Source: an uncultured Gammaproteobacteria bacterium
Lineage (GTDB): Bacteria > Patescibacteriota > Patescibacteriia > UBA2591 > UBA6264
Assembly (NCBI GenBank): GCA_964596735.1
Contig: CAZQVF010000004.1
Location: forward strand, 229-64,228
Direction: 5' to 3'
DNA: 64,000 bases
The notes under the pieces are model-generated. The model was not told the origin of the DNA. It did no database searches and saw only the letters and a list, made by a program, of their open reading frames with translations. The translations under genes were made by a program, and so were the position numbers. Shown here piece after piece: positions 45,652 to 53,639 of this stretch; position 1 is the first letter of the stretch, and each line of letters opens with the position of its first letter.

Positions 45652-47127
45652 CTAATTCTTATTTTTAATAATTCTAACCACTCCTTTATTTGCGTCTACT
45701 TTGACCAAATCCCCATCTTTCAATGCCCTAGTGGCAATTTTAGTGCCCACAACGCAAGGAATTTTTAATTCACGAGAGATAATGGCCGCATGAGAAAGTA
45801 ATCCGCCCTCATCAGTAATTATAGCTGATGCCTTTTCCATAGCCGGGACAAATTTAGGATTGGTCTTTGGGCTGACTAATATTTCTCCTCTTTTCATTTT
45901 AGCCACATCACAGTAGCTTTCTAAAACTCTGACCCTTGCTTTAACTATGCCTGAAGAAGCAGCCACTCCTTTTAGTTGATCAACTTGTTTTATCTGAGAC
46001 TCTGTCTTTCTTTTTTCTGCTTCTTCCCATTTTTCTAACTCTTTTCCCGAGTAAATTTTTATTTCTGTTCCCTGCCAAAGAATTCCATATTTTTTTACTC
46101 TTTGCTTTAATTTAACTTTTGTTCGTGAAGAGATTACGCCCTTTTTAAAAAATTCATCAATTTCTTCAAAGGCCATCTCTGCCAGCATCTTGTGACTTAT
46201 TTTCATTCTTTTAGCAAGCTCTGAATGAAGCCCCTTAAGATAATGGCTAATTAAACAACCAGCTTCATCTAAATAATTAAGGCAATGACCCCACTGTTTC
46301 AAGGTTTTTATAATAAGTTGGGCCTTTTTAGACAAATTAAGCTCCTGAATAATTTTTTGCGTCAATTCTTTATTCTTTTCTTGAATTTTGATTTTTCTAA
46401 TTTCCTCTTTTAACTCCTTAGGCAAAATCCTCTTGATTCTTTTCTCTATCTCTTTCTCTGTATAAGGTTGATAATAGTAAAAATAGTAGTTGAGAAACCC
46501 GTATTTTTTAATATGGTCCTTGATAAATCTTTGAATTCTTTTATTTTTAAAAGAAAGTTTTTTCTCTTTTACTAACTTAGCTAGTTTTAAGAGCTGAAGC
46601 CTTTCTTGTCTAATCAAAGTCGGCCTATCAAGGCCAGTTAAAATTCCAATAATCTCATTAAATCTTTTTTCGTTTTTTAGTTTTTTATTAATTTCGGCAA
46701 TCAAAACATCGGGCAAATATCGATCTATTATATAATATGTGTAATCAGGAACAAGCCATTTCTTTTTCAAATCAATAAGCTTTCTGTAGATCTTTTCAAT
46801 TCCTTGAAGCTCCCATCTCGAAAAATCAACGTCTTTATATCTCTCACAAAATTGGACAATTTCTTTATTCCTTTTTTCAAATTCTTTTCCTAATTTTAAA
46901 AGATAACCAGGACTTTTATTTTCTTTACTTTTGATTAGTTTTAAATAATCATCCCATTCTTCTTTGTTAAAATAAGTCGCGCCAAGAACCCGACGATAAT
47001 AATGAATAGTAAAATTAGCTTTTAAAAACTTTTTTAAAAGCCCTTCCTTATAGGCATAAGGAAAAATAGATATTAAAAGTAAAGGAACCCGGCCAGTTTT
47101 AGTTACTTGAACCCAATTAACAGGCAT
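45652..47127 (-). CDS. PEP-utilising-enzyme family protein, paralog 1
   Basis: The C-terminus GVAASSGIVKARVRVLESYCDVAKMKRGEILVSPKTNPKFVPAMEKASAIITDEGGLLSHAAIISRELKIPCVVGTK. Confidence 0.65.
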   Translation of the reverse strand: MPVNWVQVTKTGRVPLLLISIFPYAYKEGLLKKFLKANFTIHYYRRVLGATYFNKEEWDDYLKLIKSKENKSPGYLLKLGKEFEKRNKEIVQFCERYKDVDFSRWELQGIEKIYRKLIDLKKKWLVPDYTYYIIDRYLPDVLIAEINKKLKNEKRFNEIIGILTGLDRPTLIRQERLQLLKLAKLVKEKKLSFKNKRIQRFIKDHIKKYGFLNYYFYYYQPYTEKEIEKRIKRILPKELKEEIRKIKIQEKNKELTQKIIQELNLSKKAQLIIKTLKQWGHCLNYLDEAGCLISHYLKGLHSELAKRMKISHKMLAEMAFEEIDEFFKKGVISSRTKVKLKQRVKKYGILWQGTEIKIYSGKELEKWEEAEKRKTESQIKQVDQLKGVAASSGIVKARVRVLESYCDVAKMKRGEILVSPKTNPKFVPAMEKASAIITDEGGLLSHAAIISRELKIPCVVGTKIATRALKDGDLVKVDANKGVVRIIKNKN

Positions 47128-47166
47128 AAATTTAATAAACTTAGGGCAGAGAGCCTTTTATATCAA

Positions 47167-47240
47167 TGCCCCTGACAGGAGTCGAACCTGTGCTTTCCTC
47201 CTCCGGAGGGAGGCGTTTTATCCATTAAACTACAGGGGCC
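47167..47240 (-). tRNA. tRNA-Arg (anticodon CCG)
   Basis: Minus-strand cloverleaf: acceptor GCCCCTG/CAGGGGC plus discriminator A; D-arm GTTT-AATGGATA-AAAC; anticodon arm CCTCC-CTCCGGA-GGAGG (U33, CCG, G37); T-arm ACAGG-TTCGACT-CCTGT. There is no encoded CCA. Confidence 0.85.
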
Positions 47241-47252
47241 CTTCTTGTCCAT

Positions 47253-47792
47253 CTACTCTTCTTCGTCAATTAAAGAAGACAAAGGAATACCTTGATTAAG
47301 TCGTTCATAATCAGGCAATTCATTTAAATCTTTGACGCCTAAATGGCGGATAAAATCCAAACTGACATTATAGATCTCCTTGTCTTTGTTCTCTTCAACA
47401 ATCAACCCTTTGATTAAAAGATGGCGCAAAATAATACTACAGTTAACTCCTCTAATTTGTTCTAATTCATCTCTTTTAATTGGCCCTCGATAAGCAATAA
47501 TGGATAATGTTTCCAAAGAAGCTGGTGTTAATTCTTGATTAACTTCCTGTTTTAAAAACTTTTGAATAACTGAGCTATTTGTCGGATCAGTAACCATTTG
47601 CCATTCTTGGCCATTTTGAAGAATTTTAATGCCTCTTTCTTTGGATTCTTCGACTAATTCTTTTAAGGCTTTTTCTACTTTATCTATTTTTTGTTCTGTT
47701 ATTCTGGCCAATTCTTTTTTATTTAAAGGTCGATTAGCAATAAAAAGTAAGCTTTCAATTAATGACTTAAGATTCTGCTGTTTTGTTTCCAT
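47253..47792 (-). CDS. scpB: Segregation and condensation protein B
   Basis: ESLLFIANRPLNKKELARI ... two winged-helix repeats. Confidence 0.8.
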   Translation of the reverse strand: METKQQNLKSLIESLLFIANRPLNKKELARITEQKIDKVEKALKELVEESKERGIKILQNGQEWQMVTDPTNSSVIQKFLKQEVNQELTPASLETLSIIAYRGPIKRDELEQIRGVNCSIILRHLLIKGLIVEENKDKEIYNVSLDFIRHLGVKDLNELPDYERLNQGIPLSSLIDEEE

Positions 47793-47797
47793 ATTTT

Positions 47798-48490
47798 CTA
47801 TTTTCTTTTAATAATAATTTCCTTAAATAAGCCTGTTTGACTAATCAGAACTTGTCTTTTCTTAATTAATTCTAAAACCGCTAAAAACATTACGATTTTT
47901 TCTGGCTTTTTTCTCTTTTTAATCAATGAAACAAAATTAATTTGTGATTGTTTTTTTAAAACCTCTATCAGTTCATTGATTTTTTGTTTTAAAGAAATTG
48001 CCTTGTTTCTAAAAGTTTTCTTGGCTAATTTGGTTTGATTCAAAAGAATACCCAGAAGTTCTTTAAAATATTTTTCTAAAATCTGAGGGGTAATTTTAAT
48101 TTCTAAAGAAAATTCTGGCACTATTTGCAAGGGAATTTTATCTCGAGCAAAACTATATTTAGGGTAATTGGCTATTTTCCCTACCCTTTTAGTTGCCTGA
48201 GCATATTGTTGATAAATTTTCAATTGATTAATCAGGTCTTGACCCTCCTCTTCTTCGTCAACTAATTCTGGGATTAAAAGCCGAGATTTAATTAAAATCA
48301 ACTTAGCCGCTATTTCTAAAAAATCAGCCAACTCATAAGGCTGAACTTGTTCAACTTTTTTAAGATAATTTAAAAATTCATCAGTTACCTGAGATAAAGA
48401 GACTTCTGTAATGTCTAGCTTTTCTTTTTCGATTAATTGAAGCAATAAATTAAACGGCCCTTGAAATTTTTCAAGCTTAAGCGTGTACAT
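47798..48490 (-). CDS. scpA: Segregation and condensation protein A
   Basis: FQGPFNLLLQLIEKEKLDITEVSLSQVTDEFLNYL is the ScpA N-terminus. Confidence 0.8.
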   Translation of the reverse strand: MYTLKLEKFQGPFNLLLQLIEKEKLDITEVSLSQVTDEFLNYLKKVEQVQPYELADFLEIAAKLILIKSRLLIPELVDEEEEGQDLINQLKIYQQYAQATKRVGKIANYPKYSFARDKIPLQIVPEFSLEIKITPQILEKYFKELLGILLNQTKLAKKTFRNKAISLKQKINELIEVLKKQSQINFVSLIKKRKKPEKIVMFLAVLELIKKRQVLISQTGLFKEIIIKRK

Positions 48491-48505
48491 ATTGTTTTCA
48501 ACAAC

Positions 48506-49066
48506 TTACTTTTTTTTACCAAAACTTGCCTTAATTGGTTCCTCCAGCTTTATTAAATCCTTGGTTTTAATCTTCAAAGAAACGCCATAATCTCCAGCAT
48601 TAACAATCACTTTTACTGGCTTAAGAACAGTTTTATCAGCAAATACTGGCATACCTAGTAGTTGACCAAATGGTGGAACTACTCCTAATTTCCCTACCTT
48701 AATGTTCTTTTTCATCCATGCTTCTTTAACAAAATCAATTTTCTTAACTGCTTTTAATCCTTGTTTTTTTCTCCAGTGATTAACTGCTTTCTTAAACTTG
48801 GCCTTATCTAAATTCTTATTCGATGGTAATAGGACTAGAACGTAATCTTTATCTGTTTTAATAATCAATGTTTTAACTACCTCAGCCGGCTTTTTTAAAT
48901 GCAAGGTTTGAACCAAATCCCAGGCCGTATAAACAATACGGTGTTCAATTAATTCAAATTTAACTTTGTTTTTCTCCAAATAATTGAGGAGTTTTTTAGG
49001 GACAGCCATAAAATTTAAAATTAAATTAATTATTTCAAGACATAAATAATATACAAGGCGAAACAA
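48506..49066 (-). CDS. YbaK/ProX-type aminoacyl-tRNA deacylase domain protein
   Basis: Similarity to the YbaK/prolyl-tRNA-synthetase-associated domain. The likely start is the internal ATG at 49009 (MAVPKK). Confidence 0.65.
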   Translation of the reverse strand: MFRLVYYLCLEIINLILNFMAVPKKLLNYLEKNKVKFELIEHRIVYTAWDLVQTLHLKKPAEVVKTLIIKTDKDYVLVLLPSNKNLDKAKFKKAVNHWRKKQGLKAVKKIDFVKEAWMKKNIKVGKLGVVPPFGQLLGMPVFADKTVLKPVKVIVNAGDYGVSLKIKTKDLIKLEEPIKASFGKKK

Positions 49067-49091
49067 GGTTCTTGAGCGTAGCGAAAGGTTC
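49036..49091 (-). repeat. Intergenic element of the TAA-GAACC ... GAACCTTG family (downstream of alaS)
   Basis: Minus sense: TAA GAACC tttcgctacgctcaa GAACCTTG tttcgccttg. The shared gcgtagc unit also occurs at 31314. Confidence 0.4.
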
Positions 49092-50870
49092 TTATTTATT
49101 TAAAACCGCCTTTATTCTTCTTACTCCTGCCCCGCTCGCCTTTTCCTTAACAATTTTAAACTGACCAATCTCGTTGGTATTCTTCACGTGAGGCCCAGCA
49201 CAAATTTCTTTGGAAAAATTTCCAATAGAATAAACTTTAACTATTTTAGGGTATTTTTCTTTAAAAAAAGCTAAAGCTCCTTTTTTAATCGCTTCTTCAT
49301 AGGGCATTTCTTTCATTTGAACCTTTAATTCTTCTTTTATTTTCTGATTAACAATCTCTTCAACTTTTCTAATTTCTTCTTCAGTCATTTTTTGAGAATG
49401 AGAAAAATCAAATCTTAATCTTTCCGGGGTTAAATCAGAACCTGCCTGCTGAACATGATCTCCTAAGACCTGTTGTAAGGCTTTATGCAAAAGATGGGTA
49501 GCTGTATGATGAAGGGCTACTTTGTCTCCCCATTCACCTACTCCTCCAAATTTCTTCTTTGCCCCAGCTCGTGATATTTCTCTATGATGATCAAATTCTT
49601 TTTCAAAGGCTTTTTCGTCTATTTCAAGACCTTCCTCTTCAGCCATTTCCTTGGTCAATTCTAAAGGAAATCCATAAGTATCATATAAATGAAAAATTGC
49701 TTTTGAATCAAGAATTTCTTTCCTTTCTTCTAAGGCTAATTGAACAAGTTTTTTAAATTTTTTCAAGCCTTGACTTAGGGTCTTTTCAAATTTTTCTTGC
49801 TCTTTTTGAATAATGGTCAAAATATCACTCTGTTTGTTTCTTAATTCTGGATAAATATTATGATATTGCCTAATAACTATTTGGGCCAAAGGAATTAAGA
49901 ATCCTTTTTCTGCTTCAATTAAACGACCGTGTCTCATTGCTCTTCTAAGAATTCTTCTTAAAATATAGCCGCGATCTTCTTTGCTTGGCAAAACTCCATC
50001 AGCAATTAAAAAACAAATGGCTCTGACGTGATCGGCAATAATGCGGCTAGATTTTTGTTTAGATAAATCTGCTTTCTGAGAAGTCTTTTCAATCTCATGC
50101 ATAATTGGTAAAAACAAGTTTGTTTCATAGTCTGATTCTTTGTTTTGCAAAACACAGGCTAATCGCTCTAAGCCTGCCCCTGTATCAATGTTCTGTTTGG
50201 ATAATTTTTCATACTCACCCTTTTCTGTTTTATTGTATTCCATAAAAACTAAATTCCAAACTTCAACAAATCTGCCACAGCCACAATTGGGTCCGCACTT
50301 TGGTAATGTACATTTATTTTTTTGAAATTCCTTCCCTTGATCATAATATATTTCTGAACAAGGGCCACAGGGTCCGGTTGAACCAACTGGTCCCCAAAAA
50401 TTATCAGTTGAACCAAATTCTTTAATCTTTTTTTTGACAATACCATTTTTCTGCCAAATTTTCTCAGCCTCTTTATCACAGGGTATATTCTTTTCTCCTT
50501 TGAAAATTGTCACCCAAAGCCGATCTTTTTCTAAATGATAATTATCAACTAATAGTTCTAACGCCCATTTAATAGCTTCTTCTTTAAAATAGTCGCCGAA
50601 TGACCAATTACCAAGCATTTCAAAAAAAGTATGGTGAAACTCATCTCCAACTTTATCAATATCAGAAGTACGAAAACATTTTTGCACTGAACAGGCTCGA
50701 TTATAGGGTGGCTCTGTTTCTCCGCTTAAATAAGGAATAAATTGCTGCATTCCCGCAGAAGTAAAAAGAGCCGTTGGATCAGCCGGTATCAAAGAAGATG
50801 AATCAACTGCTTGATGCGATTTATTTTTAAAAAAATCTAAAAAACTTTGTCTTATTTGATCCGTCGTCAT
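49092..50870 (-). CDS. alaS: Alanine--tRNA ligase, short form (catalytic, tRNA-recognition and editing domains; no C-Ala domain)
   Basis: The AlaRS N-terminus MTTDQIRQSFLDFFKNKSHQAVDSSSLIP, the editing-domain HTATHLLHKAL...H, and a C-terminal CAGPHV zinc motif. It ends about 280 aa short of the canonical length. Confidence 0.9.
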   Translation of the reverse strand: MTTDQIRQSFLDFFKNKSHQAVDSSSLIPADPTALFTSAGMQQFIPYLSGETEPPYNRACSVQKCFRTSDIDKVGDEFHHTFFEMLGNWSFGDYFKEEAIKWALELLVDNYHLEKDRLWVTIFKGEKNIPCDKEAEKIWQKNGIVKKKIKEFGSTDNFWGPVGSTGPCGPCSEIYYDQGKEFQKNKCTLPKCGPNCGCGRFVEVWNLVFMEYNKTEKGEYEKLSKQNIDTGAGLERLACVLQNKESDYETNLFLPIMHEIEKTSQKADLSKQKSSRIIADHVRAICFLIADGVLPSKEDRGYILRRILRRAMRHGRLIEAEKGFLIPLAQIVIRQYHNIYPELRNKQSDILTIIQKEQEKFEKTLSQGLKKFKKLVQLALEERKEILDSKAIFHLYDTYGFPLELTKEMAEEEGLEIDEKAFEKEFDHHREISRAGAKKKFGGVGEWGDKVALHHTATHLLHKALQQVLGDHVQQAGSDLTPERLRFDFSHSQKMTEEEIRKVEEIVNQKIKEELKVQMKEMPYEEAIKKGALAFFKEKYPKIVKVYSIGNFSKEICAGPHVKNTNEIGQFKIVKEKASGAGVRRIKAVLNK

Positions 50871-50872
50871 AT

Positions 50873-51898
50873 TTATTCCCTTTTTACATTATTTTTATTA
50901 TTAACAAATTTAAAAACGTGATGAGTTAAATAATAAGCAATGATTAATAAACCAACAAAAACAAAACTAAAATCAATTAATCTAGTCATTAAGGTAAAAC
51001 TAAGACCTGTTTCTGCAGTTAATTGAACGCTTTGAAAAGCTAGAATACTTGTTCCTTCATAAATTCCTAACATTGCTGGAATAGGAATCATGCCAGAAAA
51101 TAAAGTCAAAATTCTAATTAAAAGAGCATTGGTGAAAGATACGAATTCGCCCAAAATATGAACAAAGATAACAACCTGAATCGCTCTCATTACAAAACAA
51201 AAACAGGATAGGATTGTGCTATAGAAAACTGTCTTTGGGAATTTTTGGAAAAAAATTATTATTTCTTCACGAATAAATTTAACCTTTTCAGCTAAATTAT
51301 TTTCTTCTCCATTTTTCTGAGAAAATCTTATCTTGTGCAGACGAAAAAATTTTATTAAGCCGGCCACTTTGTTGGATTTCAATAGCCTAAAAATTAAAGC
51401 GACCAAAATCAAAGGTAAAAAACCGAGAATTGTAAAAAAAAGTCCTCCAAGCAGATTTCTTTGAAAAAATAAGACAAATGCCCCTAAAAAAGCAAAAATG
51501 GCAAAAGCAAAAATTTCAATTATCCTATCTGAAACAACAGAAACCAAACCCTGCGACGTAGGAATATTTGCACTCTTTTTTAAAGCAAAAACTCTAACCA
51601 CCTCTCCTCCATAGTAAATACCCGGTGTTAAATAGCTTAAAGCCATTTCACCTAAACGAGCTCCGGCTAAGCTTTTAAAGGGCAAACCCTTAAAACCCAT
51701 GGCTTTCAGTATTAACTTCCATCGGAAAATCCAAATTGTAATCTTGGTTAATGTCAAAGCAAAAAGGACTATCATTTGTCCCCAAGTCAAAAAGCCAAAA
51801 CGCAAAAAAACATCCCTTAAACCAATTTGAGTATAAATCCAAATCGCCAGACCTAAACCGAACAATAAAGAAATGCTAAACAAAAGGATTTTTCTCAT
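50873..51898 (-). CDS. UPF0104 / lysylphosphatidylglycerol-synthase-TM-region-like polytopic membrane protein
   Basis: 8 TM helices; N-terminus MRKILLFSISLLFGLGLAIWIYTQIGLRDVF is typical of PF03706. Confidence 0.55.
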   Translation of the reverse strand: MRKILLFSISLLFGLGLAIWIYTQIGLRDVFLRFGFLTWGQMIVLFALTLTKITIWIFRWKLILKAMGFKGLPFKSLAGARLGEMALSYLTPGIYYGGEVVRVFALKKSANIPTSQGLVSVVSDRIIEIFAFAIFAFLGAFVLFFQRNLLGGLFFTILGFLPLILVALIFRLLKSNKVAGLIKFFRLHKIRFSQKNGEENNLAEKVKFIREEIIIFFQKFPKTVFYSTILSCFCFVMRAIQVVIFVHILGEFVSFTNALLIRILTLFSGMIPIPAMLGIYEGTSILAFQSVQLTAETGLSFTLMTRLIDFSFVFVGLLIIAYYLTHHVFKFVNNKNNVKRE

Positions 51899-51967
51899 AC
51901 CCGCCTAAATTTTTTATTTATTAAATTCCATATTTTCTCGCCTGTCCCTTAAAAAATTTGGGCGGGC
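51899..51967. repeat. Long imperfect hairpin with CCCGCC-TAAATTT ... AAATTT-GGGCGGG arms
   Basis: The arms are reverse complements with one mismatch. It shares the CCCGCCTAAATTT unit with repeat copies A and B. Confidence 0.5.
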
Positions 51968-51980
51968 ATAAGATGTAAAA

Positions 51981-53600
51981 TCAACTTTTATCAAAAGTGA
52001 CTGGGCCTTTTTTAATTGCCTGTTTTAAAGAAACATTTTCTAAAGGTTTTTCTGTTTGTCGAGCCTTTTTTAAGCATTTTTTACAATAAACAGGTCTTAT
52101 ACCATCTGGAATAAAAGGGACATTGATTTCAGTTCCACATCCGTCACATTTTGCTTCATATTTATCCGGGCCTGGCTGAGGCAATCCTTGTCCAGCCTCA
52201 ATCACGCCACTCCAACGAGCAATTTTTTCTTCAACGACCTTTTTGGGTTCAGCATATCTCTCACGAGAAATCTTAATAATTTTATTTTCACAATTTTGTG
52301 GGTTAGAAATGGGTGGTAGAGTAACAGCAGAAAATGGTTCAGAGGTAATTCCATCAATCATTAATTTAACGTAAATATTATACTGATCTAAATCAACTAA
52401 ATCTGTTTCATCAAAACGAGGATAAAATTCTTTAGCTAAAAATTCTGCATCTTCAGCTCCCACTCTAAAGGCTACCATTGTTCCGACATTACCAAAAACA
52501 GCATCTCTCACCTTTGTGCTATCTAAAGTTAATTGCCCAATATATTGGTGGCCAATAATTAAATTAAGGCGATATTTTCTGGCTTCTGAAAGGATATCAG
52601 CAAATGATTCAGTAGCAAAATTCTGAAATTCATCTACATAAAGATAAAAATCTCTTCTTTTATCCTCATGAATATCAACACGGCTCATGGCCGCCATTTG
52701 AATTTTAGTAATCATCATTGCCCCTAATAAAGCTGAGGCGTCTTCTCCTATTCTTCCTTTAGAAAGATTCATTATTAAAATCTTGCCTTCGTCCATAATT
52801 TCGCGCAAATTTATTTTAGAACGAACTTGACCAACAATATTTCTAATTAAAGAAGTGGACAAAAATTGTCCCACCTTATTTTGAATAGGAGCAATAGCCT
52901 CGGCACGCAGTCTTTCAGGATATCTTGGATATTCATCAACCCAGAATGATTTAACCACTGGATCTGTTAAACGGTCAACCACTTTTTTTCTAAAATCTTT
53001 ATCAACCAAAATACGCATTATACCTAAAAGCGTACTACCTGGATATTCAAGTAAAGCAAGTATGGTATTTCTAAGAACATATTCTAATCTTGGTCCCCAC
53101 GAATCTGCCCAAATCTTTTTAAATACTCCGACCAAACCAGAAGCGACTAAGTGTCTATGCTCAGGACCAACGCTTTCTAAAACATTAAAGGCAAAGGGGT
53201 ATTCTGCATCAGCCGGATTAAAATAAACAGTGTCGTTAATTCGGTTCGGAGGAATAAAATTTAGAATTTTTTCAACTGACTCGCCATGGGGGTCAATAAA
53301 AACCACTCCTCTGCCCGCCTGAATATCCTGAAGGGCCATATTTTCCATGGAGGTAGTTTTTCCAGTTCCAGTTTTACCAATTAAATACATGTGCCGACGC
53401 CTGTCTTCGGGTTTAATGCCAAACTTTTTCCGAATATTCCGGTAATTAGTCTCGGCAAAAAGCACTATTTCATCCTTTTCATGAGATAATTTTTCTTGAT
53501 TTATATTGTCCATAATCTTAAATATATTATATGTTGTATTTCCCCGATTGTCAACGCAATATTTAAAAGACAAAATCCCCAAAAAAACGGGAATTTTCAA
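51981..53600 (-). CDS. HerA/FtsK/TraG-superfamily P-loop ATPase (AAA_10-like) with a C-terminal Cys4 zinc ribbon
   Basis: Walker A LIGKTGTGKTT, Walker B LYVDEFQNF, and a C-terminal CDGCGTE...CKKC. The likely start is ATG 53513 (MDNINQEK). It ends in TGA. Confidence 0.5.
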   Translation of the reverse strand: MKIPVFLGILSFKYCVDNRGNTTYNIFKIMDNINQEKLSHEKDEIVLFAETNYRNIRKKFGIKPEDRRRHMYLIGKTGTGKTTSMENMALQDIQAGRGVVFIDPHGESVEKILNFIPPNRINDTVYFNPADAEYPFAFNVLESVGPEHRHLVASGLVGVFKKIWADSWGPRLEYVLRNTILALLEYPGSTLLGIMRILVDKDFRKKVVDRLTDPVVKSFWVDEYPRYPERLRAEAIAPIQNKVGQFLSTSLIRNIVGQVRSKINLREIMDEGKILIMNLSKGRIGEDASALLGAMMITKIQMAAMSRVDIHEDKRRDFYLYVDEFQNFATESFADILSEARKYRLNLIIGHQYIGQLTLDSTKVRDAVFGNVGTMVAFRVGAEDAEFLAKEFYPRFDETDLVDLDQYNIYVKLMIDGITSEPFSAVTLPPISNPQNCENKIIKISRERYAEPKKVVEEKIARWSGVIEAGQGLPQPGPDKYEAKCDGCGTEINVPFIPDGIRPVYCKKCLKKARQTEKPLENVSLKQAIKKGPVTFDKS

Positions 53601-53639
53601 AATTTTCTTGTTTTTTTTACTCCCAAAAAGGCTAAAAAG

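Noticed and set aside
49010-49066. N-terminal 19-residue extension (MFRLVYYLCLEIINLILNF) of the YbaK-like ORF
   Set aside because: The stretch is hydrophobic and low-complexity and overlaps the GAACC-motif element. The internal ATG at 49009 (MAVPKK) gives a protein of typical YbaK length.
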